From positions 1 to 61,249 of IMG/VR virus record IMGVR_UViG_3300050821_004166: a stretch of 61,249 nucleotides of DNA, one strand, 5' to 3'. The position numbers and the translations under genes were made by a program. Each line of letters opens with the position of its first letter. Positions within the stretch are counted from its first letter, which is position 1. Shown one piece after another: positions 25,993 through 39,000 of this stretch. The stretch is from a virus. The notes beneath the pieces were generated by a model. The model was not told the origin of the DNA, made no database searches, and saw only the letters and a program-made list of their open reading frames with translations.

Positions 25993-27000
25993 ATGCCCTT
26001 CTTCAGATCGGTGAAGCAGGTACGGCCCGCGCAAAAGCCGCGGGGAAGCGTATCGCAGTTCATCACCGAGAACTTCCGGCATTTCAATGCTCGAGAACTC
26101 CGGGAAGCCGCCGAGGCCTACAAGCGGCTGGTCGATTCAGGCGGCAAGATGTTTGTAACCGTTGCCGGCGCAATGTCCACCGGAGAACTCGGAATCTCTC
26201 TGGCGAAGATGATTCGAGAGGAGAAGGTTCACGCCATTTGCTGCACGGGCGCCAACCTCGAGGAAGACATTTTCAACCTGGTAGCACACTCTAAATACAA
26301 GGTAATTGCAGGCTACCGGCAGTTGGACAACGACGACGAGAAGAGCATCCATGACGCCGATATGTCGCGTGTGACCGACACGCTCATTCCGGACAAGGCG
26401 GCCATGGACACCGTTTCGAAAGCCATCTTCGATATCTGGAAGCGGGCCGACAAGGAGGGCGAACGGTCGTTCCCGCACGAATACGTCTACCAGTTGTTCC
26501 ATGAGAAGACCTTAGACTTTGACGCCGACCCAGAAGACAGTTGGGTTCTCGCCGCGCACCAGAAGAACCTGCCGCTGTTTGTTCCAGGATGGGAGGATTC
26601 GACGCTAGGGAACATGCTCGCGGGGATGCGGATAAAGGGCGAGATCACTAAGCCGATCGTGAAGGACGGCATCGATTACATGATGGCTCTGGCGAAGTGG
26701 TACGAAGCGGAAAGCGGCGGGAAGGGCGTAGGGTTCTTCCAGATCGGAGGTGGAATTTCCGGCGACTTCTCGATATGCGTGGTTCCACTGCTGAAACTGG
26801 ACTTGAAAAAGACCGTCCCGTTCTGGGCCTACTTCTGCCAGATCAGTGATTCACTTGCCAGCTATGGAGGGTATTCCGGAGCGCCACCGAACGAAAAGAT
26901 CACTTGGGCGAAGATCGACAAGAGCACGCCAACATTTATGATTCAATCGGACGCTTCGATCGTTGCACCGCTTATTTTTGCCTACGTTCTCGAGGAATGA
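25993..27000 (+). CDS. Deoxyhypusine synthase-like (DHS / homospermidine-synthase family) enzyme
   Basis: VTVAGAMSTGELG..AICCTGANLEEDIFN matches the DHS signature TTAGGVEEDLIK. C-terminal NEKITWAKI...DASIVAPLIFAYV matches EAVSWGKI...DASLVFPLLV, including the catalytic Lys. Confidence 0.85.
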   Translation: MPFFRSVKQVRPAQKPRGSVSQFITENFRHFNARELREAAEAYKRLVDSGGKMFVTVAGAMSTGELGISLAKMIREEKVHAICCTGANLEEDIFNLVAHSKYKVIAGYRQLDNDDEKSIHDADMSRVTDTLIPDKAAMDTVSKAIFDIWKRADKEGERSFPHEYVYQLFHEKTLDFDADPEDSWVLAAHQKNLPLFVPGWEDSTLGNMLAGMRIKGEITKPIVKDGIDYMMALAKWYEAESGGKGVGFFQIGGGISGDFSICVVPLLKLDLKKTVPFWAYFCQISDSLASYGGYSGAPPNEKITWAKIDKSTPTFMIQSDASIVAPLIFAYVLEE

Positions 27001-27001
27001 T

Positions 27002-30000
27002 GTGCCGCCGACCGACACCGAGACGACAGAAACTCAGACGCAAGACCCGCTAGATGAGTACCTCGCGCTAAGGGATAAGACTGCGAAAAAGAAGTCTCCG
27101 AAGGAAGACCCAATCGCAGCCTACTTAGCTGCGCGGGAAGCAGACACTAAAGCCACCGACAAGCGATCGGCTGAAGTAGAAGCCAAAGCCGCAGCAACGC
27201 CGGCGGCGGTTCCCGTTGTTTCCCAGAAGATGGAGGAGTCTCCTGCCGGCAAGGGATTCGCAGCAGCAGAGACCGCAGGACAGAAGATATTCGGTGAGCA
27301 GCCGACCCCGGCAACGGTTGCAGCTCGAGGACCGTCATCTCTATTCCAGACGACTCCTCCTGCTCCCCCGCCTCTCCCTCCAGAAACAGTAACCGAGCCG
27401 GTCAAGAGCATGGAGCAGATCGGGCGGGAGTCTCCGTTTGGAAAAGGGACGGCGCCGGCAGAGCTTCCGAAAGATGTTGCCGACCTGAAAGCCTCGATCG
27501 AGGATTCCTCGACCAAGATCAAAGGCACGCAGAACAGGTATCCGAGCGGCATTCCGCAGGAAATCTACCCCTGGTACAAGGACGAGGTTGCCAATCACAA
27601 CCAGATGGTGGCGAGGTTTAACGACGCCATCAAGAAGCTGCCGCCAAGCCAGCGAGCCGAACAGAAGCAAACCCCTCTAAGCACCGCGCCGTTAAGTCTT
27701 TCGCAGCAAGCCGATCGGGTTGGTAAGCCGATGGTCCCCTTGACCGGTCCGCAGAAGCCGATAGACCTGACGAAATACCCGCGGAACATCTTCACAAACG
27801 ACTTGGCTATTCCCGAACAGACTCCCGAGCAGGTGAAAGCTCAGAACGCAGCCGAGGACGCGCAGCGAGCGCAAGACGATGCGTTGTCTCGAGGGAGGCC
27901 GGTATCCAGGACAGGCGTTCGCGGACTGCCGGTAACAAAGAAAGAGCTTGATGACGAGAAAGCGGGGATGGATGAGATCACGCGGGCACTCACGACGGGT
28001 TCGCGCAAGCTGCCGATTCCAGCGTTCACCGGTTTTCAGAAAGGGACAGGTTTGCCGACCGGCGCTAGGGTGTCCAGTGTTGGCGAACTCGAGGACCTGA
28101 CCGACGAATATCTCAGCCGTCCGGAGATCCCGAAGACTCGAGCTCAAGCGATGGCCGCGGGCATAACCTCGGACGCGGTGAAAACGCTGAATGATATGTT
28201 CCTGTCCCCTGTGGGCATCGTGGCGACGGGGACCGGGCTAGTGGCGGCGAACGCGCTGGCGAAAGCTGGACAAGCAGGAAAGGAAGCTCTCGAGCTAGGC
28301 GCCGAGTACCAGGCGATGAAGCGGGCCGGCGCGACCGCTGCGGAGCTTCTGGTACAGGAGGGAAAAATCCATCAGGCCATGCTGTCAGTGGCTAAAGCGC
28401 AAGGCGTGCTAAAGACCGCTGCAAGAGCCGGGCAAGTCGGTGGCGCGGCATTCGGCGCACAGGGCGCGAACGGGGTAATCGATGGAATCAAGGAGCAAGA
28501 CACTTCGAAGATTCTCGGCGGGTTAGGGCAGATCATACTTGCCGGCGCCGGCGAGGCTGCACTTCACCGGGCGGGCGGGCTCGAGTCTGCGGTCGGTGGA
28601 TCCGTCGAAGCGGAAGCGCACCGGCGATACCAAGAATCGTATAAACCTCCAGGGGACGACGACGACGACGAGCCACCGGGCGGGGGACCTCCTCCGGACG
28701 TACACGCGAAGCTGCTCGAGGACGAGCTGCACCGGGCGAAGGCCGAACATTCGGCCAAAATCCTGGAAGATGCGGCTGCAGAGACCAGAAAAGCGGCTGG
28801 AATCGACACAGAGCCACCAGGAGAGCCGGAAAAACCTGCAAAGCTCAAGGTGCCAGTACGCGCCAAAAAGCCCGCCCTGCCTGCCCCTGTTGAGCCAGTT
28901 GGCACAAAAGAAGAGCCGGAATCCTCAAGTGAGGGAGAAAAACAGGAAAAAGCGGTTATTCACACGTTCCCAGGCGAAGAAGGAACTCAGTACGAAGTAG
29001 CGAAGGTCGATGGAGGGTTTTCGGTTTCTCTGCGTGACACGGAAGCCGGCGAGGTATTTCCGTCGCACCGCATTTACAAGACTGAAGAACAAGCGGTAGC
29101 TGCAGCAAAGGGCTTCGGAGAAAAATCGACGGGCGAAGAGGCTAAAAGAAAAGCCGCTGAACCTGAAGCGAAGGAACCAGAACTTTCCGGCGAAGATGCC
29201 GTCACGGCCAAAATCTATCAGGATGCGATCGACCACGACAACGAACTCCTCGCAAACGAAAAGCTAACTTGGGAGAAGCGCGAGAGGATTGTCGAGCATC
29301 GAGACAACTATCAAAAGGACTTGGACAAGATTCAAGGGAGGCGGGTTGAGGATGTCGGACCTCCAGAGTCGAAGGGAGAGCGCCGAGCGATCGAACCGGA
29401 AGCGGAAGGGAGGTTAGAGGAAGCCAAGAGAAAGCGTAAAGCGAATCAAATTGAATTCGAGAAGAAGGCCGGGCAACCAGAGGAAGAAGCCGCGCCGATA
29501 AAGCCAGGCGACAAGATCAAGATGCGCGGTGGCATGAGGCGCCGAAGCATCATGTCAGGCCTGCCGTTAACGGACGAGCCTAGACACCAGCCTGAAGCCA
29601 CAGAGGCGAGCGCACAGCCGACCCCACCGCCGAGCGACCGCTGGACCGCCGACCGCGGTGCGATGCCGGGAGAACCCGAGCTATTCCTGGACGTTCCGGA
29701 GGACGGCGACACCGAGAAGGCCAAGGCTGCGATCATTCAGCGCGATCGGAAAGCGGGCCGTGCCACATGGGAACTCGTTCACATGGAGGGCGGCAAGCCA
29801 AAGAGCGGAGGGATGTTCAGCACGCCGCAAGAAGCCGCAGCTCGCGCCGAGAAACTGTACTCGCCACCAGAAAAGGAAGAACAGCCAGAGCACGTCCACA
29901 AAGAAGGCGACCGCGTAACGTGGACGGGCCCAAAGGGCGAGAAACTCAGTGGACAGATTCGGTCGATCGAACCACATCAGAAAACTGGACCGGATGACCT

Positions 30001-33000
30001 GCGGAAGCCGTTAGCGTCGATCACCGTCGATCAGCAAGCAGTGATGCGGATTCCTGGACGCAAGGGCGGCGTGCCGATCGGGCGCGTCGAGATGGTCCCT
30101 CTCGAGAAACTCAGTCCTGAAGGCGCACCGGAGAAGGCCGAGGCTGCTACCGAATCTGAAAAGAAGCCGGTCGTTCCGTTCTCAAAGCCTCGCCAGGAGG
30201 ACGAAAGAGAACGAGCAAGAGGAATCATTGAGGACTTCGTTGCTAAGTGGGATAGAGAATTCAAAGAGTGGCAAGAGAGCGGTGGACGTGGAGAACCTCC
30301 TCCAAAACCTTTCCAACTAGAGCATCCTCCGGAAGATATTGGCGTTTTCCAGTACATCAAGACGTTGCCAAAACACGTGCAGGAGTATGCCCGCAAGTTT
30401 TACAAAGCCTACAGAGATGAGGGAGTGGCGGCTGGACAGGAGGTTGACCCGAGAGACTATGGGATATCTGGCGAAGAAGCGGAGGAACTCGACGGCATAC
30501 TAAAGCAGCTCACCAAGCCAGGGAAAGCCGCGCCAGAGGAAGAGCCACCGGAGACAGAACCGGAACCAGAGAAGGCTGCCGAACCTGAAAAAAAAGCGGT
30601 CGTTCCGTTCTCGAAGCCAGCAGAAGCGGAGGCGCCGGCTAAGTTTCAAGAAGGCGACTTAGTACGGCTGACTGACGAACCGCACAAAGCTGGAACACTC
30701 ACACGTTTGAGTTTGAGCAAGACTACGGCGGTAGTCAAACTCGAAAACGGAAACACCGTCTATGTTCATCCAGACAGAATCGAACTGCGTGGGAAGCCAG
30801 CGGAGAAACAGAGGTACGTGGTTTCGAAGGCTGGAATGAAGCCGGGCATGTGGAAGATCATAGATACCACAGACGGCACTACAGTCCGTTCAGGGCTCGA
30901 GAGCAAGGCCGGCGCGGAAGCGATTGCTGCCGGCATGAAGTCTGAGGATCAACATATCTCAGGAGCAACGCCGTCAGGGGCAATCACTCCTCGCGTTCCA
31001 CTATCAACGGTAAAGCCGCAAAACAGACCGCATATGGTTGTCCGTGAGGTACGCGACCGCGACGACAAATTGCTTGGATACGAGTATTTCCCATACGACG
31101 GAACGCCAGAGGACGCGCTTGCGAAAGCAGAGTTAGTCACCACGCAGATGTGGGAGAAGTACCCGGACGCCTCCAACATGGGCAGCCGTATTCTCGCAAC
31201 AGGTAAAGACGGCAAACCGCTTTACGTTATGTCTCCCAATTTGCAACACGTCGCAGAGATGGGGACGCCGACAGCGAACTACATCCAGACTGGTGAAGGT
31301 GAACCGCCGGCTGAAATGAAGGCCAGTTACGAGGCAGCAAAGAAAGCAGGCGATGAAGCCGCCGGTAAGGCTCTTTGGTGGAGAAAGCCTCTTCCGAAGC
31401 TAGACGCAGACACCGAATACAAACTCCTGAAATTGATACACCCGAAGGAGGGACAGGTCGGAGCTGCCGAGCTAAGGAGAAGGTACAGAATTAACTACGG
31501 AGAGACGATAGATCAGGGCATTGTTGCTCAGTTCCTTAAAGAGCAAGAAGGATTGACACAAACTGGCGCAGGTGCCAAACTCCCGACCAAGAGCTTTGCT
31601 CCGCAGGTAATCGCTGACTCAAGCGGAAAATGGAGCGGGAACGCAGTCAGCTTTCCTACGGAACAGGAAGCCCAGGATTACGTCAACGACCTTAAAAGCC
31701 GTTGGATGGCCGTCCGTGACACTCGCGTAGTTGAGCAGGACGTTCCGGCTACTCATTCCTTTGCGAATGGCAAGCTGGAAATAGTCAAACCGGAGGAAGC
31801 CGATGCCGCCACCGCCGATCAAGCCGCCGACCGAGAAGGATCTGGACGAGATAGTGGTACAGCCGAGCCTGCTCGAGTCGGTCAAGAGCCATTGGAAAGA
31901 GAATCTTCCGAAGCTATACAAGGCGTACCAGAAGAGCGGGAAGCTGCAGGAGAAGGCGAAGAGGGCGGTGCAGGAGGCGAAGTATCTGGCCGCGAGCCTG
32001 GTGGCGCAGGGACAGGAATGGTCCGAGGCGTGGGTGACAGCCTCGAGGGAAAAGATGTACCTGGAACCAGAGGAAAGCCTGGACGACCAGGAATCAGCCG
32101 AGTAAACCCGTCAGACGGTCCGCAAGGCAATTTCTACCACATCACGGAATCCGACCAGCTAGGCCAGGCCGGCCTAAAGCAGAAGTTCAAAGACAACGTA
32201 ACAGCGATCAAGCTGCTGCAAAAGCTCGAAGCCGAGAACCGCCTCGCCACCACTGCGGAGCAAGCCGTTCTTGTGAAGTACGTCGGATGGGGCGGGTTAT
32301 CGGCTGTCTTCAAACCATGGGAAGACCGGCAATGGACGAAAGAATCCGATGAGCTTAGGGACCTGCTTCCTAGCGCCGAGTGGGAGGCAGCCAGCGGCAG
32401 CACGCAGTTTGCCCATTACACCTCGCTCGAAGTGATTCAAGGGATGTGGAGCGCACTCGAGCGCATGGGGTTCACTGGCGGGCGCGTTCTCGAGGATGCT
32501 GCCGGCGTGGGGCACTTCATGGGTGGCGCCCCTCTGGATGTTGCAGCGAAATCGAAGTGGGCGGCGGTCGAGATCGACCCTCTCTCAGCACGTATCACAC
32601 AGCAGCTCTACCAGCCGGTCAAGGTCTTCAACAGCCCCTTTGAGAAGGTGGCGTTCCCGAATAACTTCTTTGACGTGAACATCACGAACGTACCATTCTC
32701 CACGACCTCGCCGGCAGACCCCAAGTACGACAAGTATGGCTTGAACCTGCACAACTATTTCATCGTCCGCGGACTCGACCTGCTACGGCCGGGCGGGATT
32801 ATGGCCGTTATCACTTCCCGCGGGACGATGGATTCAGGCGGCAAGCACCGTGAACTGATGGCCGACCGCGCCGACCTCCTGGATGCCGTGCGGCTGCCCA
32901 AGACAGCGTTCAAAGGGAACGCCAATACCGAAGTGGTTGCGGACGTCCTGATATTCCGGAAGCGGGCGCCGGGAGACCCCAAGGGCGGCGAGGCCTTCCA

Positions 33001-36000
33001 GGACTCCATCCGAATGAAAGTCGAGAAGGACGGAAGCACGCACGTTGTTCCCGAGCGTGCAGATCCCTCCGACTTCAAGTTGAATGAATTCTTCCTGAAG
33101 CATCCCGAGAAGATTCTCGGCCAGCAAGGCATGACCGGGACGATGCGCGGGCCAGATCAATACTCCGTCGAACCTAACACCGCCACGACACTGAAGGAGC
33201 AAATCAGCAAGAACCTCACTCCTCCGCAAAACTCCTATCAGAAGGCCTCGGCATCGCAATCTCTCAGGATCGAAGCCGTCCTGTCCGCAGAGCGCCAGGC
33301 CGAAATCAAAGCCAAACCGGATGCTCTACACATCGAGGGCGACAAGCTCTACCAGAACACGGCAGAGAATCTGCTGACCATAACCTCGATCGGAGAAATT
33401 CTTGTAACTCCTCGTTCAGAGTGGGTGTACGCGCTGAAGCCTCTCGACGTCAGCCCGCCAGTGTTTCGCAAGATCAAGAGCGTGCTTGGCGTGCGGGATG
33501 CTGTGCGGGATGTGATGCTGGCGGAAGCTGCCGACAAACCCAAAGTAGAAGTTGACGCGCTTCGCAAGCAGCTCAACAAGACCTATGACAAGCACGTTGC
33601 GACCTACGGGCCCACTGGCGACGTTTCGAACACGAAGCAGCTCCTCATGGATCCGGACTTCCCGCTGCTGATATCTCTCGAGTCTTACGACCCGAAGACG
33701 AACACCTACGTAAAATCTGCTGACATTTTCACGAAGCCGACTGTGCGTCCGGAGATGACCGTGCGTCCGGAGAATCCTCGAGACGCCATGCTGGTTTCGA
33801 TGAACGAGAAGAATGGCATCGATATCCCGTTCATGGCGAAATCGATCGGGCAGACCGAGGATTACGTCATCAACGACCTGGTGGGTAAGGACCTCATCTA
33901 CAAAAACCCTGAAGGCGGTTGGGAGGACAGCGCGAGTTATCTGTCTGGACAGGTACGGTGGAAGCTAAAGGCAGCGCAGACCGCCGCGGAACTCGACCCA
34001 GACATGCAGCGCAACGTCGAGGCGCTAAAAGCGGTTCAGCCTCAAGACAAAACTTTGGCTAATCCTCCAGCAGTGAAGTTGGGCACGCCTTGGATGCCCG
34101 TGGGAGACATCGAGCAATTCATCAGAGAAACGCTGGATTTGGGAAGGTCTGTATCGGTATCGCACCCCAAAGGAGTGCCGCTTTGGACCGTTAGGCATCC
34201 GAACAAGGACACTTCCGTTATGAATGGCGCCAATTACGGAATCCAGGATGAATCCGGAACCCCCATTTTGTGGGGAACGGACCTTGTTGAACATGCGCTA
34301 AATCAGAAGACTCCTAGCGTTTACACCGGCAAAGGAGAGCAACGAGTGTTCAGTCTTGACCTGACCGAGAGGGCGAAGGACAAGATAAGCGATCTTCAGG
34401 ACAAGTTCAAAAAATGGATCTGGAAGGACGAGGAAAGAAGCTCACGCCTGCTCGATTACTACAACGAGAACATCAACAACATGGCGCAGCGGACCTACGA
34501 TGGTTCGCACCTGACGATTCCGAGCATGGCGCTAGGGATGACTATGCGGGCCCATGGGAAAAATGCTGTGTGGCGCATCCAGCAATCCGCTAACACGTTG
34601 CTGGCGCATGAGGTAGGCAGCGGCAAGACCATGATTCTTATAGCGTCAGCTCTAGAGGCGAAGCGTCTCGGAAAGTGGAAGAAGCCGGCATTGTTTGTTC
34701 ACAACGCCACGCTCGAGCAATACCGGATGCTGATTCCGCAGGCATTTCCGACCGCCAAGATTCTAGTAGCCAGGCCGGAAGACTTTGACAAAGAAAACCG
34801 CCGGCGCCTTCTTGCGCGAATAGCGACTGGCGATTGGGATACGGTCGTCATAGCGCACTCCCAGATACCGAAGCTGCCAGTGTCGGAAGCCGGCCTGCGT
34901 AAATTCATGGGAGACGAGATCGAGATTCTCAAAGGGTATCTGCGAAAGATACAAATGGAGGAGGCTTCAGCTTACCATGACTCCGGCGGGCGAGGAGGGA
35001 AACGGCAGAAGAGCCAAACTGTAAAACAGTTGGAAGCGACGATCGACAAAGCCGAGGCCCGCATGGAAAAGAAGATCCATGACTACAACGCTGACCCAAC
35101 GGTGTCGTTCGAAGAAACGGGCATAGACGCGATTCTGGTGGACGAGGCTGACGAGTTTAAGAATCTGATGTACCACACCAAAATGACCAGGGTGAAAGGC
35201 CTCGGCAATACCGAGGGCTCTAGCCGGGCGTTCGACCTGTACGCCAAGATCCGCGTCGTTCAGGCGATGAACAACGGCGGCGGCGTGGTATTTGCCACTG
35301 GAACGCCGGTTAGCAACACCATGGCGGAAATTTACAACCTGCAGCGGTATCTCGCTCAAGGCGACCTTGAAGCAATGGGGATTGACCACTTCGACGCTTG
35401 GGCAGCGCAATTCGGAGAGACGAAAACCGATTGGGAGACTTCTCCTAGCGATCCGACGAAAATTCAGGCAGTTACCAGGTTTGCCCGCATCCAGAACGCG
35501 CAGGAACTCTATAACCACACCGCGCCGTTTATGGATGTGGTGTTCTCGAAGGACATTCCGGGAATCAAGCTGCCCAAACACAACCAGCAGAAGATAGTGG
35601 TTCCGAGCTATAAGGAACTCGAGGACTACAACCATGAAATCATGGACCGGGCCGAGCATGTCAAAACCGGCCAGGTAGACCCCAAAGACGACAACATGCT
35701 GAAGATCACCAGCAACGGGAGTGCTGCGGCGATCGATATGCGATTCGTTAAGCCGGGCAGCGCAGTGAATCCCGCGTCCAAGCTCTACCATGTGGCGCTA
35801 GATGTTTACAAGAATTGGAAAGACTCGGCAGCCAACAAAGGTGTGCAGCTAATCTGCCTTGATTTGGGAGTGCCCGACACTAGGAGCGTGTCGGCGGGAG
35901 AACTGAAGTTTGGAGCGTATAAGTGGTTGCGCGAGCACCTTATCTCTATGGGTATTCCGGGAGATGAGATCACCTGGATACAGAAGTACAACAAGCCTGA

Positions 36001-39000
36001 AGCCAAGCAGCAGATGATTCGAGACACCAATTCCGGCAAGATCAGGGTGCTTATCGGTTCCACCGAAAAAATGGGAGTCGGGTTGAACGTCCAGGAACGA
36101 CTCATCGGCGGGCATCACGTTGACATGAAATGGCGCCCGCGGGACGCCATTCAGCGCGAAGGGCGATGGGTGCGTCAAGGTAACAGCAATTCCGAGGTGT
36201 TCACGAAGTATTGGACGGCGGAAAAGAGCATCGATTCCTACAAGTATTCGACCCTGGCCGCAAAAATTTCGTTCATCAATGACTTCCTGCAAGGCAAGAT
36301 CACCGCGTCCGATGTGGAAGATATCAGCGGAGAGGCGGTAACGTTCGCAATCATCAGCGCGGCGACCACCGGCAAGACGGAAATCTTCGAATTGGCGAAG
36401 ACCCAGGCAGAGATTCGCAAGCTCGAGCGGGCTCGTTTTGCTGCCGAGACGGAGCTTTTAGGAATCAAACAGCAGTTGGTGCACGGAAAAGCCCGTCTGA
36501 AAGCTACCCAGGAAGAGATAGAGCAAGCCAAGACCGAAGTGGAAGCCGTCAAGAAAGTCTACGATCCGGAAAACTTCCAGATCACGCTAAACGGGAAGCT
36601 CTACACCGACAAAGAAGAAGCTAAGAAGGCTTTGCAAAAAACAGTCTTAACGCTAAAAGACAGACAGACCATGGGGACACAGATCATTGGTTCCTACCTG
36701 GGAGTGCCGATCACTTTCGATGGACATGGGGCAGAGTTAGGAAAAGACGGAAAGCGCAGTTGGTACGGGTACAACGTTAAAACTCCGCGTCGGTCTGTGG
36801 CAATCGAACACACCACTACCGGAACGTTATTCGATGACCCTATAGCCAGTGTTATTCACGGAGTCGTGAGAGCGCCTGAGAACGACCTCGAGAAAGACAT
36901 TGCGGAAAAAGCCACGCTCAAGCAAGACATTCCCAAACTTGAGGAACTGTTAAACAAAACAGACTTTCCTCCAGAGAAGGCCAAAAAGCTCGAGGAATTG
37001 CAAGTGAAGGAGAGAGGACTCCTGAAGGCGCTAGGCTTGCTCGATGACGACACCCAAGCGGCGGGCGCGATTGCCAGCGGCAAAACCGATGTAACCGTCA
37101 CCGGAGCAGAAGGAGACAAGGAGGAAGACGACGAGGAGGGAGCGGTAGGCGCACCAGAAGGCGAGCCAGAACCACCAGACAAACCAGAGGTTGGCGCCGG
37201 CAATAAGCTGTTCACCAAGGAAGCCAAAGAAGCCGCAGAAAAGGACCTCAGTAAGAAGAGTCGGGAAATGCGTGCCGGCGTGGATCCCACCATGATTAAG
37301 GACCTGGTGGTAATCGGTGGCTTCTATCTCGAGGCTGGCATCCGAGACTTCGCTGGTTGGGCCGACAAGATGCGGGCGCACTTCCGCAAGACCAGAGACC
37401 CCCAGAAGTTTGAACCGCACCTGCAGCCAATCTACGAGCAGGCGATCAAGGCCATCAACAAGCAGAAGCCGGGATTCGCGGCCAACATCCGTCTTTCGAA
37501 CCTCCGGACCTCGGACCAGGTAAAGGAACTGATTCGAGAGACCGCACGCTCCGCTGCCGGCCGAATCGAGGGGCAACGCCGCGGCGAGGTGCCGTTCGCG
37601 CAAACCAAGGCCATGGCTCGAGAGCTAATCCGCGAAGGGCACATGACCGAGAAGGACCTCATCGACATGAAGAAGGGGACGGCGCTAAACGATGCCGAGC
37701 TAAAGGCTGCCCGTTCCATCCTGGTGTCGGTGAGCGAGGACCGCGCCAAAGCTCTGGATGAATTCCGGAAGGACGACAGCAAGGAGAACCTGCTCCGGGT
37801 TATGGAAGTGGTTGAACGTCAGCGGGCCGTCCAGGCTGCCGTCAGTGGCGCCACCGCGGAAGCTGGCCGAGCTCTGAACAGCATGAAGATAGCCGCCGAG
37901 GCGCTGAAGTCTCGATCGGCACGCGATAAGGCGCTGGACGAGCTAGGCGGGGACATTACCGAGGAGATGATTCGCAGGCTCGCGCAGATCCCGCCAGATG
38001 ACTTCATCGCCATGAACAAGTTTGTCCGGGACCACACCAAGTTTACGACCATTGAGAAGCTGAATTCCTACTGGATAGCGAACATCCTCTCCGGTTGGCA
38101 GACTCACGCTCGAGTCGCGTTCTCTAACATCGTGTGGGCGACCACGCAGCTAGGCATCCGTCCCCTCCGCGGGTTGATTGACGCGCCGGTATCGCGCCTG
38201 ATGGGTACCGAGCGCAAATACTATGCCGGGGAAACCCTGCCGGCCATGGTTGGATGGTTTGAGGGGATTCCTGAAGGACTGCGGAAAGCCATCTTTATCA
38301 TGCAGCACGGCTACAACCTTGACGACACCTCGGGCGAGATCGTTACCGACGTCAAGGCACCGCGGTATTACGAATTCCCTGGCGGGCTGAAGAACCCGTT
38401 CAACTATCCGGGCCGGGCGCTAATGGCCGCGCACAACCTTTTCCGCGTGACGAGTCTCGAGAGCGAACTGGCTGCGATTGCAGCTCGAAAGGCAATCCGG
38501 AGCGGCGGCGTCAGTCCGACATTGGGCCAAAGCCGTTACCAAAAGCAATATGCCCGCGAGCGAGCGAATCCGGAAGTGGAAGACGTGGAAGCAGCACAGA
38601 AGTTTGCGCGGTACACCGCGTTCCTGGATAAGCCGGATAAGTTCTCTCAGTTGATGATTCGCATACGGGAATGGCGAGTGCCCGAGAACTACGCTGCGAT
38701 CGGAGGAGTGAAGCCGCTGCGGTTTGTGGTGCCGTTCATCAATCTGCCTTGGAACGTCTTGAAGGCAGGCGTGGAGGTAACACCTGCAGGCGCACTCAAG
38801 TTCTTGTCGAAAGATGCCCGCAACCAGCCAGGCAAGGCAGCCGACATTATTTCGAAGGCGCTATTCGGTGCTGCCGTGATGGGTGCCGCGGCCATCCTGG
38901 CTATGAACGGGAAGCTAACCGGGCCTGCTCCAAAAGACCCAGGCAAGAGGGAGGAATTCTACCGGCTTGGGAAAAAGCCCTATGCCTTCCGAGTGGGCGA

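Noticed and set aside
26963-27001. TTG 26963 as the start of the giant ORF, as given in the ORF track.
   Set aside because: It would overlap the DHS-like gene by 38 nt and has no SD. GTG 27002 follows GAGGA and lies 1 nt after the DHS stop.
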